A stretch of DNA of 40,190 nt from a virus (taxonomy: Duplodnaviria > Caudoviricetes). This document shows, piece after piece, positions 17,189 to 26,767 of the stretch. The notes under the pieces are model-generated. The model was not told the origin of the DNA. It saw only the letters and a program-made list of their open reading frames with translations, and made no database searches. Position numbers and translations under genes: made by a program. The stretch covers positions 1-40,190 of the IMG/VR virus record IMGVR_UViG_3300049209_000010, one strand, 5' to 3'. Each line of letters begins with the position of its first letter. The first letter of the stretch is position 1.

Positions 17189-19365
17189 TGGCCACCCAAG
17201 AGTATAAGGTCAAAGCCCCGGACGGCCAGACGATCACCCTGCGCGGCCCTTCGGGTGCCAGCCAAGAGCAAGTCATTGCTCAGGCTAAAAGGCTCTATGC
17301 GGCGCAGCAGGCTGCGCCCGCTGAGGCCTCACCGCCTGCGCCTGATAGCATGTCAGCACAAACAGCGATAGACCCTCGCCAAGCAATTGCCGAGCAAGCC
17401 ATGCAGCGCGCAGAGCAAGGTGGCGAGCCAGCACCTGATGACATTGCGCAAGCCAGCCAGCGAGAGTCGGCCCTTCGCGAGCAAGTAAGCGATCAGCGCG
17501 GAACCTTGCAAAAGGTCGGCGACGTGTTTACCGGGGCTGATCGGCAGACGCCAGAGGCTCAGGCACTGCCAGAGCTTGAGGGTCTTCTGCAAGATCAGGG
17601 CTTTGGCGATGCGCTCAAGTTCGCCGGCCTGCAACTGGTAACGCCAAACGACGAAGAAATGGCGAAGGTTTTAAAGGCTCGCAACCCGAATCTAGAGTTC
17701 TCGCGTGATGAGGCCGGAAACCTGATTGGCAGCGATCCGACTACCGGCGCACGCGCACTGGTTAACGCGCCTGGCCTTTCCCTTCCTGATATCGGCCAAC
17801 TGGCTGCTGGTGCTCTAGCCTTTACGCCTGCTGGCCGGCTTGCAGAGATTGTCGGTGGCGGAATCGCAACCCAGGCCGCAGCGCTTGGCATTGGATCTGC
17901 TGCAACTCAGGCAGTAATCGAGGGCGCGCAAGCTGCTGGCGGTGGCGACTTCAATGCCGAGGATGTGGCTATCTCTGGCGCGCTTGGTGCTGCCGCTCCT
18001 ATCGCGGCCGGCGCTATTGGTGCTGGAGTAGATACCGCAAAGCGCGGCGTGCAGGCGCTGCGTAATGCTCCGGCGTCACAGTCTGAAATCGTACAGGCAG
18101 CAAAGCAGGCAAACATTCCGCTGATGACTACCGATGTTGCTCAGCCTGAGACTTTTATCGGCAAGTCGGCGCAGACCCTTGGCGAGCGTATCCCGTTAGC
18201 CGGTACTGGTGGCCTTAGAGCAGACCAGCAAAATGCACGACAGGCAGCCGTGCAAGCGTTAGGGGCTGACTATCCCACCCCGCAGCCCAGCCAGATCATT
18301 GACAGCCTAAAAGCTCAGGCTTCGCGCGTAAAGAAAGCAGCTGGTAAGCGATATGACGAGTTACTGCCAAAGATAGAAGCTGTTGGGGCCGTTGGGTACG
18401 GCAAAACAAGCAGTGCAATTGATGACGCAATTGCTGAGCTTAGTCAGCCAGGTGTCGTTTCTAGCGGTGAAGCAGTAGCAGAATTGCAGCGTTTCAAGCA
18501 AGCGCTGAACTCAACAGATCAGACCTACAGCACCTTAAGGAAAAACCGATCAGAACTTCGCGATGTTATAAAGTCTTACGATTCACCACTCAGAAGCCAG
18601 ATGCCTACGCGCGCAAAATCTCTTTTAAATCGCGTTTATGGGTCATTCACTGATGATATGAATGATGCCGCCAAGGCGGCTTTGTCCCCGAGAGATTTTG
18701 GCCGGCTAAAAGAAGCAGATGCAATTTATGCAAGTGAGGCTGAGCGCCTGACCAAAACTAGGCTCAAAAGCGTGCTCGACAAAGGTGATTTGACTCCCGA
18801 GGTTGCTGAGACTTTGCTTTTTAGTACGAAGCGCAGCGATGTTAAAAACTTGTATGAATCATTAACACCAAAAGGGCGAGAAGCCGTTCGGGCTACACTT
18901 GTTCAGCGAGCCATCAACAAGGCTGGCGGTCTGGATGATGTATCGCCTGATAAGTTTCTGAACGAGCTGCGCCGCCTTGAAAGTCAAACCGGCGTTGTGT
19001 TCAAAGGTGATCAGCGCAAGCAGATTGAGGGGCTTAAGCAGGTTCTTGCAGCAACTAAGCGTGCAGGTCAAGCCGGAGTGCAAACCGCATCCGGTCAGCA
19101 GCTATATGCCCCGGTCGGAGCCGCAGCAGCAGGGTCTTTGATCGGCGACTTCGGCACAACCATGGCCGCTGGCGCTACTGCTGGCGCGCTGGCTCGCATC
19201 TATGAAAGCCAGGTAATGCGCAATGCGCTAATCAGAATAGGTTCTGCGCCTAAGTCGCAGATGGCCAAACAGATGGCCTTGACAATGGCGCGCGAGCTTA
19301 ACGCCGGCGTGCAAGCAGGTCGCGCTCAAACGACTGGAGAGAAAGAACCACAAGAAATACGATAA
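17188..19365 (+). CDS. DNA ejection protein gp16-like
   Basis: VNAPGLS..D, LMTTDV, GERIPLAGTGG.R..QQ.AR, ARIYES..MRNAL motifs; start trimmed to ATG 17188. Confidence 0.85.
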   Translation: MATQEYKVKAPDGQTITLRGPSGASQEQVIAQAKRLYAAQQAAPAEASPPAPDSMSAQTAIDPRQAIAEQAMQRAEQGGEPAPDDIAQASQRESALREQVSDQRGTLQKVGDVFTGADRQTPEAQALPELEGLLQDQGFGDALKFAGLQLVTPNDEEMAKVLKARNPNLEFSRDEAGNLIGSDPTTGARALVNAPGLSLPDIGQLAAGALAFTPAGRLAEIVGGGIATQAAALGIGSAATQAVIEGAQAAGGGDFNAEDVAISGALGAAAPIAAGAIGAGVDTAKRGVQALRNAPASQSEIVQAAKQANIPLMTTDVAQPETFIGKSAQTLGERIPLAGTGGLRADQQNARQAAVQALGADYPTPQPSQIIDSLKAQASRVKKAAGKRYDELLPKIEAVGAVGYGKTSSAIDDAIAELSQPGVVSSGEAVAELQRFKQALNSTDQTYSTLRKNRSELRDVIKSYDSPLRSQMPTRAKSLLNRVYGSFTDDMNDAAKAALSPRDFGRLKEADAIYASEAERLTKTRLKSVLDKGDLTPEVAETLLFSTKRSDVKNLYESLTPKGREAVRATLVQRAINKAGGLDDVSPDKFLNELRRLESQTGVVFKGDQRKQIEGLKQVLAATKRAGQAGVQTASGQQLYAPVGAAAAGSLIGDFGTTMAAGATAGALARIYESQVMRNALIRIGSAPKSQMAKQMALTMARELNAGVQAGRAQTTGEKEPQEIR

Positions 19366-19418
19366 AGCCAACTGTAAGGCTCATAATATCACCTCAAACC
19401 AAATCAAAAGGGTGAAAC

Positions 19419-19982
19419 ATGGCAGACGAAAACGAGGTATTACTACCATACCGCTATTATCCAGACCCGGCAAAGGGGCGGCCGGTATTTAACGGGTTCA
19501 TTTACATTGGGGTTCCAGACACAGATCCAGAAATACCAAGCAATCAGCTACAGGTAAGGGCTTATCAGGAAAGCGGGGCTTCCGTTCTGATCGCGCAGCC
19601 TGTAAGGACTGGCGGCGGCGGCGTCCCCCTTCTGAACGGATCGCCCGTACAGCTACAGGTTGAGGGCGAGTACTCGATAAAGGTGCTAGACCACCTCGGT
19701 GCCCAGGTCTATTACGCGCCCAGCTTGATCGCTGGGGTAAGGCCGGCAACCATCGTGCGGGCTCAGTTCGTGCCGCTGGATTTCGACCTGCCGAACAGGT
19801 TCATAAATAGCTATTTGTTTGACTCAAACACCACGGCGATAGATTATTACAATACCTACCAGCCGCTCCTTGATTTTGGTGCGCTTGGCATTGCGCCGTT
19901 CAATATAGAAAACATCCCGGAGTTTCGCTTTGACCTTGCAGGCGAAAGCGTTGCCACGATTGACCTTGGAGGGTTGAGCTAA
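19419..19982 (+). CDS. Stand-alone tailspike head-binding domain (adaptor)
   Basis: GRPVFNGFIYIGVPDTDP..NQ..QPVRT..GG....G.P....YSIKVLD..GAQVYY = P22 gp9 head-binding domain; only 187 aa. Confidence 0.85.
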   Translation: MADENEVLLPYRYYPDPAKGRPVFNGFIYIGVPDTDPEIPSNQLQVRAYQESGASVLIAQPVRTGGGGVPLLNGSPVQLQVEGEYSIKVLDHLGAQVYYAPSLIAGVRPATIVRAQFVPLDFDLPNRFINSYLFDSNTTAIDYYNTYQPLLDFGALGIAPFNIENIPEFRFDLAGESVATIDLGGLS

Positions 19983-20131
19983 TGTCCACACAGATGCAGC
20001 TTCGGGGCGGCACGACTGCGGCCACGCTTCTTTTTACCGGCGCGCAGCGAGAGGTCACGGTAGACACCGACAAAGACACCCTAGTCGTGCATGACGGTGT
20101 TACGGCTGGCGGATTCCCCCTTGCGACAGAA
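19982..20131 (+). repeat. Copy 1 of duplicated Mtd_N anchor (copy 2 at 21824-21973)
   Basis: 41/50 aa identical by manual alignment; many synonymous differences. Confidence 0.9.
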
Positions 20132-21259
20132 GAGAAGCTTTCAGACGGGACGTATCTGTACATTGACGACGTAGGCGGCGGTTCTGTAGCGGATAGCTAC
20201 ATCCTCACCCCGCAGACAAACACCAATGTGCCGAACTCTTACCGTAACGGCGTGATTTTTAGCTTCGTCACGGAAAACCCAAACACAGGCCCTTCAAGCG
20301 CAAACTTCCAATCTCTTGGTGTGAAAAACATCAAGTACCCAGACGGCTCCGATCCGGCCCCAGGCGATATTGATGGGCGCACCACGCTTATCTATGACTC
20401 TGGCAATGACTGGCTTGAGCTGCAACGTAAGGCCGCAGAGGCAGACCCGCAAATTCGTCCGGTCGCAGCCAGTGTCAGCGGTAACGCGATGACGGTATCG
20501 CTCACGCCATGCACGGTTGATTTCAGATCGCCAACGCTTGCCAATGGCGCGGTAACGTCAGTTCCTGTCATTGCAACAGAATCTTTAATTATCCCATCTG
20601 GGGCTACTCTCGGAACTACCAACGGCGTCGCCAGCCGGATAGCCATCGTCGCGATTAACAACGCCGGGGTTCTTGAGCTTGCAGTAGCAAACACGTCAGG
20701 GATTGGCAGTCTGAGCGAAGACACCCTTATTAACACCACTGCCATCAGTGCGGCATCGAACTCTGCAAGCACCTTTTATTCTGAGTTTGCGCGCGCTGGC
20801 GTTCCTTACCGGGTTGTCGGTTACGTCGATTCTACCCAGGCAGCTGCTGGCGTGTGGGCTTCAAGCCCTAGCAAGGTTCAAGGCCAAGGCGGACAAACGA
20901 TTATTGGCTTGATCCCGCTTGATAACGCCAAGGCTCAAGCCACAGCATGGGTGAACTTCAACGGCACTGGAGTTGTGGCCATTCGCGATAGCTACAACGT
21001 GAGCAGCATCACGGACAACGCCGTTGGCGACTACGCCATTAACTTCACTGTGCCCATGACAAACGCGAATTACTCAGTATGCGACGGCGTTGGGCCTAAT
21101 AACGGCTCGTCCGCAGAGGGGTTACTGATCGGGGCCGGCCCTGCCGTAACAAACGACGTGCCTCCAACAACGGCAGGTTTCCGGGTTCTTAACACTGTTT
21201 CCGGCACCACTCCATTCGATATTACTCGCGTAATGCTACAAGTTTTTGGAGGCAAATGA
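19982..21259 (+). CDS. Tail fibre/receptor-binding protein 1 with Mtd N-terminal domain
   Basis: N-terminus resembles BPP-1 Mtd (QLRGGTTA..FTGAQREVTVDTDK.TLVVHDG.TAGGFPLA); C-terminal AWVNFNG..IRDSYNVSSITDN.GDY.INF. Confidence 0.85.
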   Translation: MSTQMQLRGGTTAATLLFTGAQREVTVDTDKDTLVVHDGVTAGGFPLATEEKLSDGTYLYIDDVGGGSVADSYILTPQTNTNVPNSYRNGVIFSFVTENPNTGPSSANFQSLGVKNIKYPDGSDPAPGDIDGRTTLIYDSGNDWLELQRKAAEADPQIRPVAASVSGNAMTVSLTPCTVDFRSPTLANGAVTSVPVIATESLIIPSGATLGTTNGVASRIAIVAINNAGVLELAVANTSGIGSLSEDTLINTTAISAASNSASTFYSEFARAGVPYRVVGYVDSTQAAAGVWASSPSKVQGQGGQTIIGLIPLDNAKAQATAWVNFNGTGVVAIRDSYNVSSITDNAVGDYAINFTVPMTNANYSVCDGVGPNNGSSAEGLLIGAGPAVTNDVPPTTAGFRVLNTVSGTTPFDITRVMLQVFGGK

Positions 21260-21486
21260 TGAGCCAAAGAATTATTTACCAGCCGCCTGGCCTTCCTGTG
21301 GCCGTCATAATCCCATGTAACTGCGGATTGACGCTTGAGCAGATCGGCACAAAAGACGTGCCGCAAGGGCTTCCGTTCTGGATCGTCCCAACAAGCTCAA
21401 TCCCATCTGACAGGGATATGCGCAACGCTTGGGCTATCGACACAAGCAGCATTGGCGAGCCATCTGGTCGCGGGGGTAGAAAGTGA
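21256..21486 (+). CDS. Tail fibre assembly/chaperone-like protein
   Basis: VAVIIP..LTLEQI..KDVP.G.PFWIV..IPSDR..RNAW, typical after this fibre type. Confidence 0.7.
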   Translation: MMSQRIIYQPPGLPVAVIIPCNCGLTLEQIGTKDVPQGLPFWIVPTSSIPSDRDMRNAWAIDTSSIGEPSGRGGRK

Positions 21487-21779
21487 TAATCATCGACCAA
21501 GAGAAAGCGGCCAAGGTCGCTCAGCACAAATACGACAGCGCCATGATGGAGCGGTTTGACTCTGTTGCAAAATCAATGGGCTACCAAGGCTGGGAAACCT
21601 GCTGCTTACGCGCTCATCGGCCAGGCCCATTTGAGAAAGAGGGAACGGCCTTCTATGACTGGATGGAGGCATGCAACGTCAAAGGGTATGAAATCCTTGA
21701 GGCTGTATCGTCTGGCCGTCGTGCGCAGCCAACTGTTGCTGAGTTTCTTGGCGAGCTACCGGAATTTAAGCGGCCCTAA
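21483..21779 (+). CDS. Tail fibre assembly-like protein
   Basis: F..EG.AF..W...C...Y.IL..V..G.R..PT..E...ELP pattern. Confidence 0.65.
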   Translation: MIIIDQEKAAKVAQHKYDSAMMERFDSVAKSMGYQGWETCCLRAHRPGPFEKEGTAFYDWMEACNVKGYEILEAVSSGRRAQPTVAEFLGELPEFKRP

Positions 21780-21823
21780 TCCAGAAGGCCGGCCCGACCG
21801 GCCTAGCGCTTCGGAGAAGCTCA

Positions 21824-23662
21824 ATGTCTACACAAATGCAATTGCGCGGCGGCACCACTGCTGAAAATGCCCTCTTCACTGGCGCTCAACGAGAGGTCAG
21901 TGTTGATACGGATGTGCACACCCTGGTTGTGCATGACGGTCTGACCGAGGGCGGCTTTCGGCTTGCGACAGAAAGCGCGCTTGTGAATGCCAGCGCATAC
22001 ATTACCGCCGCGCAGTTCGGGCTTGTCGGGGACGGAAGCGACGAAACTGTAAAGGTGCAAGAGGCTGTCACGGCTGCATCTGTTGAGGGCAAGACCCTGA
22101 TCGGCGACCGGCTGAAAACGTACAAGATCACCTCTACAATCTTCGGCGCAAGCAACTGCTACATGCAGGACTTTAACATTGACGCCAGCGCACTGACTGG
22201 CACGAAGCATGCCCTTGTATTCCAGGGCGCTCTAAGCAGCAGCTCAACCCTTAGCGCAGACGTCGCCGCAAATTCGTTTGCGATCCAAGTCACTAACGGC
22301 CTATTGTTCACTGCTGATGAATGGCTGCTTATTACGGTAGACACCAGCTATTACCCATATTCCGGCTATAACGTGGCCCGGGGTGAGTGGGTGCAAGTTC
22401 GTAGCGTGGTCGGCAACACCGTAAACATAACCACCCCTCTTGTGCAGGCGTACACCACGGCAACTGGCGCAGCGCTGCGCAAGTGCAACTTTGTGCAAGA
22501 TGTAGTCTTGGACAACGTCCGTGTTATCGGTTCTGGTGTCGCAGCAAGCAACGAGCGCGGGATTAGCTTCCGTTTTGCGCGTGACTTTGAAGTTCGCAAC
22601 TGCGACCTAGTGAACCTTGACCAATACGCCTGTGAAATCAGCATGTGTATCAAGTTTTGGGTGCATCACAACACTCTACGCGGCACGTTCTATGACGGCG
22701 TAACCGGGACTATCTTCTACGCGATTGCCCTGCTTGATGCTTGCCAGTACTTCACCGTGCATGACAATCAGGGAAGCCGCTCGCGTCACCTTGTTGTAAC
22801 GACTGCTGCAAGTGCAGGACTTGGCGTTTGGGGTCAATGCATGTTCGGCATCATCCACGACAACGTTGCAGAGGACTGCATGGCTGGCGGCGCAGGCAGA
22901 TCCTACGCTTACGAAATGCACGGCACTGGGCAACACCTGTTGTGGGCGAACAACATCGCCAACGGCTGCTATTCGTTTATGCGTATCGAAGGCGGAAGTG
23001 ACAGCCAGGTTATTGGCGGCGGCTGTAACGGGTACGCATTCCAGGGGCTTATCATCGGCGGGGCAGGGAATACCGTTCGCAACATTGATGTGATTGGAGT
23101 AACAATCAAGAATTACACGGCGGAAGTAACCAGCGGCGCAGCGATACGCATTGAAACGACAAACGTTTTGGAAGGGTTAACCCTTGAAGGCGTAAAGGTC
23201 GCTGGGGCGGCAGTAGCAAACGTAGGTAACGCTATCAGTATCGGATCGTCTGTTACGTGCAGAAATAATAGGTTCAAGGGCATCCAAGCAAGCGCTGGGC
23301 TAGTAGAATCGACCGGCGCAGCTGTTGTCACGGCATCCTCCGTGACAGGGTTTTCATTTGATGAGTGTGACTTTTTTGGTTGGAGGCAGGGCTACAATTT
23401 TGCTGCGTCAACCTCAAAATTGGTTGCTCGCGGCGGCACAGTAGAAAACTTTGCCGCTGGCGCTGGAGGCTTCGGCTTCTACTCAAATGGCGACCGCAAC
23501 ATATGCAAGGACGTCCATTTCCGCAACATCAACACGGCTGTACGGCTAGACACTGCAAGCACTAACAACCTGGCTGTCAACAATACAATGACTGACTGCA
23601 CCGTGCCCGCCCCGAGTAACCTCGGCACGGCCAACGTTGTTACTCCAAACTACACGGTGTAA
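21824..23662 (+). CDS. Tailspike / putative depolymerase (right-handed beta-helix) with Mtd N-terminal domain
   Basis: Mtd_N copy 2, QFGLVGDGSDET, Asn/Gly/Val-rich beta-helix rungs. Confidence 0.85.
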   Translation: MSTQMQLRGGTTAENALFTGAQREVSVDTDVHTLVVHDGLTEGGFRLATESALVNASAYITAAQFGLVGDGSDETVKVQEAVTAASVEGKTLIGDRLKTYKITSTIFGASNCYMQDFNIDASALTGTKHALVFQGALSSSSTLSADVAANSFAIQVTNGLLFTADEWLLITVDTSYYPYSGYNVARGEWVQVRSVVGNTVNITTPLVQAYTTATGAALRKCNFVQDVVLDNVRVIGSGVAASNERGISFRFARDFEVRNCDLVNLDQYACEISMCIKFWVHHNTLRGTFYDGVTGTIFYAIALLDACQYFTVHDNQGSRSRHLVVTTAASAGLGVWGQCMFGIIHDNVAEDCMAGGAGRSYAYEMHGTGQHLLWANNIANGCYSFMRIEGGSDSQVIGGGCNGYAFQGLIIGGAGNTVRNIDVIGVTIKNYTAEVTSGAAIRIETTNVLEGLTLEGVKVAGAAVANVGNAISIGSSVTCRNNRFKGIQASAGLVESTGAAVVTASSVTGFSFDECDFFGWRQGYNFAASTSKLVARGGTVENFAAGAGGFGFYSNGDRNICKDVHFRNINTAVRLDTASTNNLAVNNTMTDCTVPAPSNLGTANVVTPNYTV

Positions 23663-23664
23663 CC

Positions 23665-24153
23665 ATGGGCAAATACGTACTAGGCACCAAAAGCATAGAG
23701 CGTCTGTCCGGCGTTCACCCTGACCTTGTGTCTGTGGTGAGGCGCGCTATTGAACTAACCCCGCAAGACTTTATGGTTCTTGAAGGTGTTCGCACGGATA
23801 AGCGCCAGCTCGAGCTGTACGGCCAAGGGAGAACGCCGGGCGAGCTGGTCATTGCTGGCGTTAACCCAGGCCTGGCAAAGCCAGAACTGCAAAAGGTGAC
23901 ATGGACGCTCAAGTCGAACCACTTCAAGCAGCCTGATGGGTATGGGCATGCCGTAGATTTGGTGCCTTACCCGATAGACTGGAACACACTTCCCAAGTTT
24001 GACGCTATTGCTGATGCGATGGCCAAAGCTGCCAAAGAGCTTGGCATCGGAATTCGTCACGGCGCGGACTGGGATCAGGATGGCAAGCGCCGGGAGAGAG
24101 GCGAGAGCGATAACCCGCATTGGGAGGTGGTCACTTTGAATGCCTTGACTTAA
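23665..24153 (+). CDS. Endolysin, M15 family L-Ala-D-Glu peptidase
   Basis: RLSGVHPDL, EGVRT..RQ.ELY.QGR, SNH..GHAVD, D.PHWE Zn motifs. Confidence 0.92.
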   Translation: MGKYVLGTKSIERLSGVHPDLVSVVRRAIELTPQDFMVLEGVRTDKRQLELYGQGRTPGELVIAGVNPGLAKPELQKVTWTLKSNHFKQPDGYGHAVDLVPYPIDWNTLPKFDAIADAMAKAAKELGIGIRHGADWDQDGKRRERGESDNPHWEVVTLNALT

Positions 24154-24187
24154 TCCACTTTGAACCTTAGGGAAAGGATAAATAGCC

Positions 24188-24664
24188 ATGTCGAGTAGCT
24201 TTAAGAAGTTCTCCGGGCCACTGGACTACCGATACGACTACGACGCCAGCCAGCTATTGGGCGAGGACCACTGGCGCGTGCTTCGTGGCTTCCGGTACTA
24301 CATCGGCGAGCTTAGGAGCAATGAGTGGGTCGATATCGAGTGGGGCGAGTTGTCAGACCGGGCAAGCGTGCCGCGTATCCTGTGGAGCATCGTGCCGCCT
24401 GACGGCGCTCACGGCCAAGCGGCGGTACTGCATGACAAGCTATGTAGGACACTGACGATCATCAAGGATGGCGAGCCTGTTCGGATCACGCGGGCTAAGG
24501 CTGATGCGCTGTTTCTTGAGGCTATGGAAGCGCTCAACACGCCTTGGCTACGTCGCCGACTAGCCTATATGGCTGTGTCTGCCTATCGGGTAGTTTCGTT
24601 CACTAGCGAGCCGCAAGAGAACCCGCTACGCGCACGGCTTGAGCGGGAATGGCGAGGGCAATAA
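24188..24664 (+). CDS. DUF1353 family protein
   Basis: SDRASVPRILWS..PP.G....AAVLHDKL, TRAKADALFLEAM. Confidence 0.88.
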   Translation: MSSSFKKFSGPLDYRYDYDASQLLGEDHWRVLRGFRYYIGELRSNEWVDIEWGELSDRASVPRILWSIVPPDGAHGQAAVLHDKLCRTLTIIKDGEPVRITRAKADALFLEAMEALNTPWLRRRLAYMAVSAYRVVSFTSEPQENPLRARLEREWRGQ

Positions 24665-24691
24665 GGCGAGCTATAAATCTAGTTGTCGTGT

Positions 24692-24889
24692 CTATTGCTG
24701 ACAGATATCCCGAACCCTTGTGAAGGTTTTCAGGTCTGCGCCTATGCCGTGGCTGATAACCAGCATCGGGCAGATGTGCTGCTCTCTGGCTGGAACCTTG
24801 GCAGCGTCGGCGATAATTGGTGCTGCCAAGGCCCAGCAGAGCCAGGCTAAACAGTAGAACAGCAGCCAGACGGCGATTAGGTTAGGCAT
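24692..24889 (-). CDS. Hypothetical protein with N-terminal hydrophobic helix
   Basis: Last gene of leftward coupled string. Confidence 0.55.
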   Translation of the reverse strand: MPNLIAVWLLFYCLAWLCWALAAPIIADAAKVPAREQHICPMLVISHGIGADLKTFTRVRDICQQ

Positions 24890-25065
24890 GCAATCCCCTC
24901 GCGCTCAATCTGTTTAAGCCTTACATTGAGATACCAGACCGAGCAGCCTAAAGCCCTGGCTATAAGCTTGCGCCTGCATCCTTCCGCGCGAAGTTCATAC
25001 GCTAGAACAAGCTCGTTAATTCCGAGATTGCGCGGAATTATTGGCTTTTTGCCTACGCCCCTCAT
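24877..25065 (-). CDS. Small HTH-like protein
   Basis: ELRAEGC.RKLIARALGCS. Confidence 0.6.
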   Translation of the reverse strand: MRGVGKKPIIPRNLGINELVLAYELRAEGCRRKLIARALGCSVWYLNVRLKQIEREGIACLT

Positions 25066-25382
25066 GGCTTGGCGCTCAGCGCTGCGCCAATTCTAGCCTC
25101 TAAAATCTTGTCATCGAATGGGTCGAGCGCGGCTTTGGCGTCGTGAAGTAGTGACCGAAACCCCTCCGCCTGCTTTAGCGCGGCGTCTCGCTCTTTGCTT
25201 ATCTTGTCGAACTCATTACGCAGATTGAACGCATATCCTGCCAGTTCATCACCTGCCAGCTCGGCATAGTGCTCAAGTTTTCTGGTGCTGATCTGGTGCT
25301 GAGTCTCGCAAACCGTCTGGATGCCTCTAAGAGGCCGGCGCTTTGCAAGGTTTGCCATTATTTCAAAGGCTCTGTAGCTCAT
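25062..25382 (-). CDS. Hypothetical protein
   Basis: ATGA-coupled in operon. Confidence 0.65.
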   Translation of the reverse strand: MSYRAFEIMANLAKRRPLRGIQTVCETQHQISTRKLEHYAELAGDELAGYAFNLRNEFDKISKERDAALKQAEGFRSLLHDAKAALDPFDDKILEARIGAALSAKP

Positions 25383-25756
25383 GACTTCACCCCTTCTTGA
25401 TTGGCCAGCAGGGAGCGGAGTTCGTCCAATGCGTCGCGATGGTCGAACAGGTATTCAGGCGTTCCAAGCATCGGCACAGTTACACGCTCCAGCAACTCCC
25501 GCGACACAACCACATCCTCTGCCACTTGGTCGGCTGGGTGGGTGGCCGCAGCCAGAATGCGCTGGTGCTGGGCGACGGTCATTAAGGGATTCATGCGGCC
25601 AGGATGCGTTGTCCCGTTCCAGAGGCAGCCATTTGCGTCAATGTAGCCAACCACCTCAACAGCCTCGCCCGCTTGGCTGACTTGGGCGCGGCAATCGCAC
25701 GGCCCAAGCAGATCAGGAACTCCACGATTATTGGTGCTGCAATCGCTATCGTGCAT
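25379..25756 (-). CDS. Hypothetical protein
   Basis: HDSDCSTNN..CDC, PLMTVAQHQRI, VVVSRELLER mosaic motifs. Confidence 0.65.
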   Translation of the reverse strand: MHDSDCSTNNRGVPDLLGPCDCRAQVSQAGEAVEVVGYIDANGCLWNGTTHPGRMNPLMTVAQHQRILAAATHPADQVAEDVVVSRELLERVTVPMLGTPEYLFDHRDALDELRSLLANQEGVKS

Positions 25757-26162
25757 TGTTGTCTCCGAGTATTGATATGGCTTTCAAAAGATCGAGCCTT
25801 GCAATGTTTACAGCGTGCTTTGCTTCTGATTTTGCATCGGCCTTGCATCGCATCTGCGCGCGGATTGCCCGCTCAAATTTATCAACTAAACCGCGCACTT
25901 TTGGCGGGGTTCCATTGTGCAGATCAGCTCGGCACGCTTTCAGTTCTTTGTCCATGTCAGTTACTCCACTGTGGTTGGTGCTATGCCACTTCGCTTTGTA
26001 CTCAGCGATAAAATCGGCGGGGAACTGGGATCGCCAGCCGCAAGCGCACTTGAACTGCTCGCCGTCCCAGCCAGTACGCGGCATGTTGTGCCGGCAATGC
26101 TCATTGCCGCAGTACGGCGAATAGCCTGGGCGAGTCATGAGGTTTTGGCGGACGATGCTCAT
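25746..26162 (-). CDS. Hypothetical Cys-rich protein, probable fusion with internal start at 25955
   Basis: YSPYCG..C..MPRT.WDGEQFKC.CGW; internal GGAG-8-ATG. Confidence 0.65.
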   Translation of the reverse strand: MSIVRQNLMTRPGYSPYCGNEHCRHNMPRTGWDGEQFKCACGWRSQFPADFIAEYKAKWHSTNHSGVTDMDKELKACRADLHNGTPPKVRGLVDKFERAIRAQMRCKADAKSEAKHAVNIARLDLLKAISILGDNNAR

Positions 26163-26767
26163 TCGCCTTGCTCCTTATGACTGCCTGCTGATGGGGTCTC
26201 GGTTAGCGCAAAGGTTTCTCGCCCAGCAGCTAAGTCGCCCATGATTGAGTTTGATATTCTGATCAGAGCCAATTTGATTGCCTCTTCGCCAGCTATTTCT
26301 TCGTAGTTAAGGGCAATGTCCAATACCAGCTTTGCTTTATACGATTGCCAGGCTTTGTGGGCCTTTTCTGGAGAATCAAAGCAGCCAAGAAACTTGGTCT
26401 TTTCTCCATCACTGCACTGGGCCGACCAGCTTTCCCTTCTTGGATATTTGTAAGCCCCGATAGGCCACTTGCCTCTTGTTGCATTTGATGCACCAAAAAG
26501 CGTGTTAATCCTTGCCGGTACAAAAATGCATTTTTCTGGTGAGTAGACTTTGTTTCCAGGCTCAAGCAGATCCTTATCAAGGTGCCAGAACTTGCCAAGA
26601 TGATCTTTCTTGTAAAAGCATGGGTTGCTTTCAGCCCAAGACTTGAACTCATTAAAATCTGTAAACCCGTTTACGCATCCAACATAGGTTGGCGTTTCCC
26701 TCGCATAGCTGCTGTTTGGATCGCACCTGCGATTGATCCCATTCCACAACCGTATTGCCCTACTCAT
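26159..26767 (-). CDS. HNH/AP2-type homing endonuclease-like protein
   Basis: WHLDKDLL..GNKVYSPEKCIFVP..IN; AP2-like FLGCFDSPEKAHKAW; AT-richer than flanks. Confidence 0.8.
   Translation of the reverse strand: MSRAIRLWNGINRRCDPNSSYARETPTYVGCVNGFTDFNEFKSWAESNPCFYKKDHLGKFWHLDKDLLEPGNKVYSPEKCIFVPARINTLFGASNATRGKWPIGAYKYPRRESWSAQCSDGEKTKFLGCFDSPEKAHKAWQSYKAKLVLDIALNYEEIAGEEAIKLALIRISNSIMGDLAAGRETFALTETPSAGSHKEQGE

Noticed and set aside
21785-21823. Terminator between tail modules
   Set aside because: Hairpin AGGCCGG/CCGGCCT has no U tract; may only modulate translation or stability
19982-23662. Diversity-generating retroelement suggested by Mtd-like genes
   Set aside because: No reverse transcriptase or Avd-like ORF seen; the only repeat is the N-terminal anchor, and its differences are synonymous and not adenine-specific
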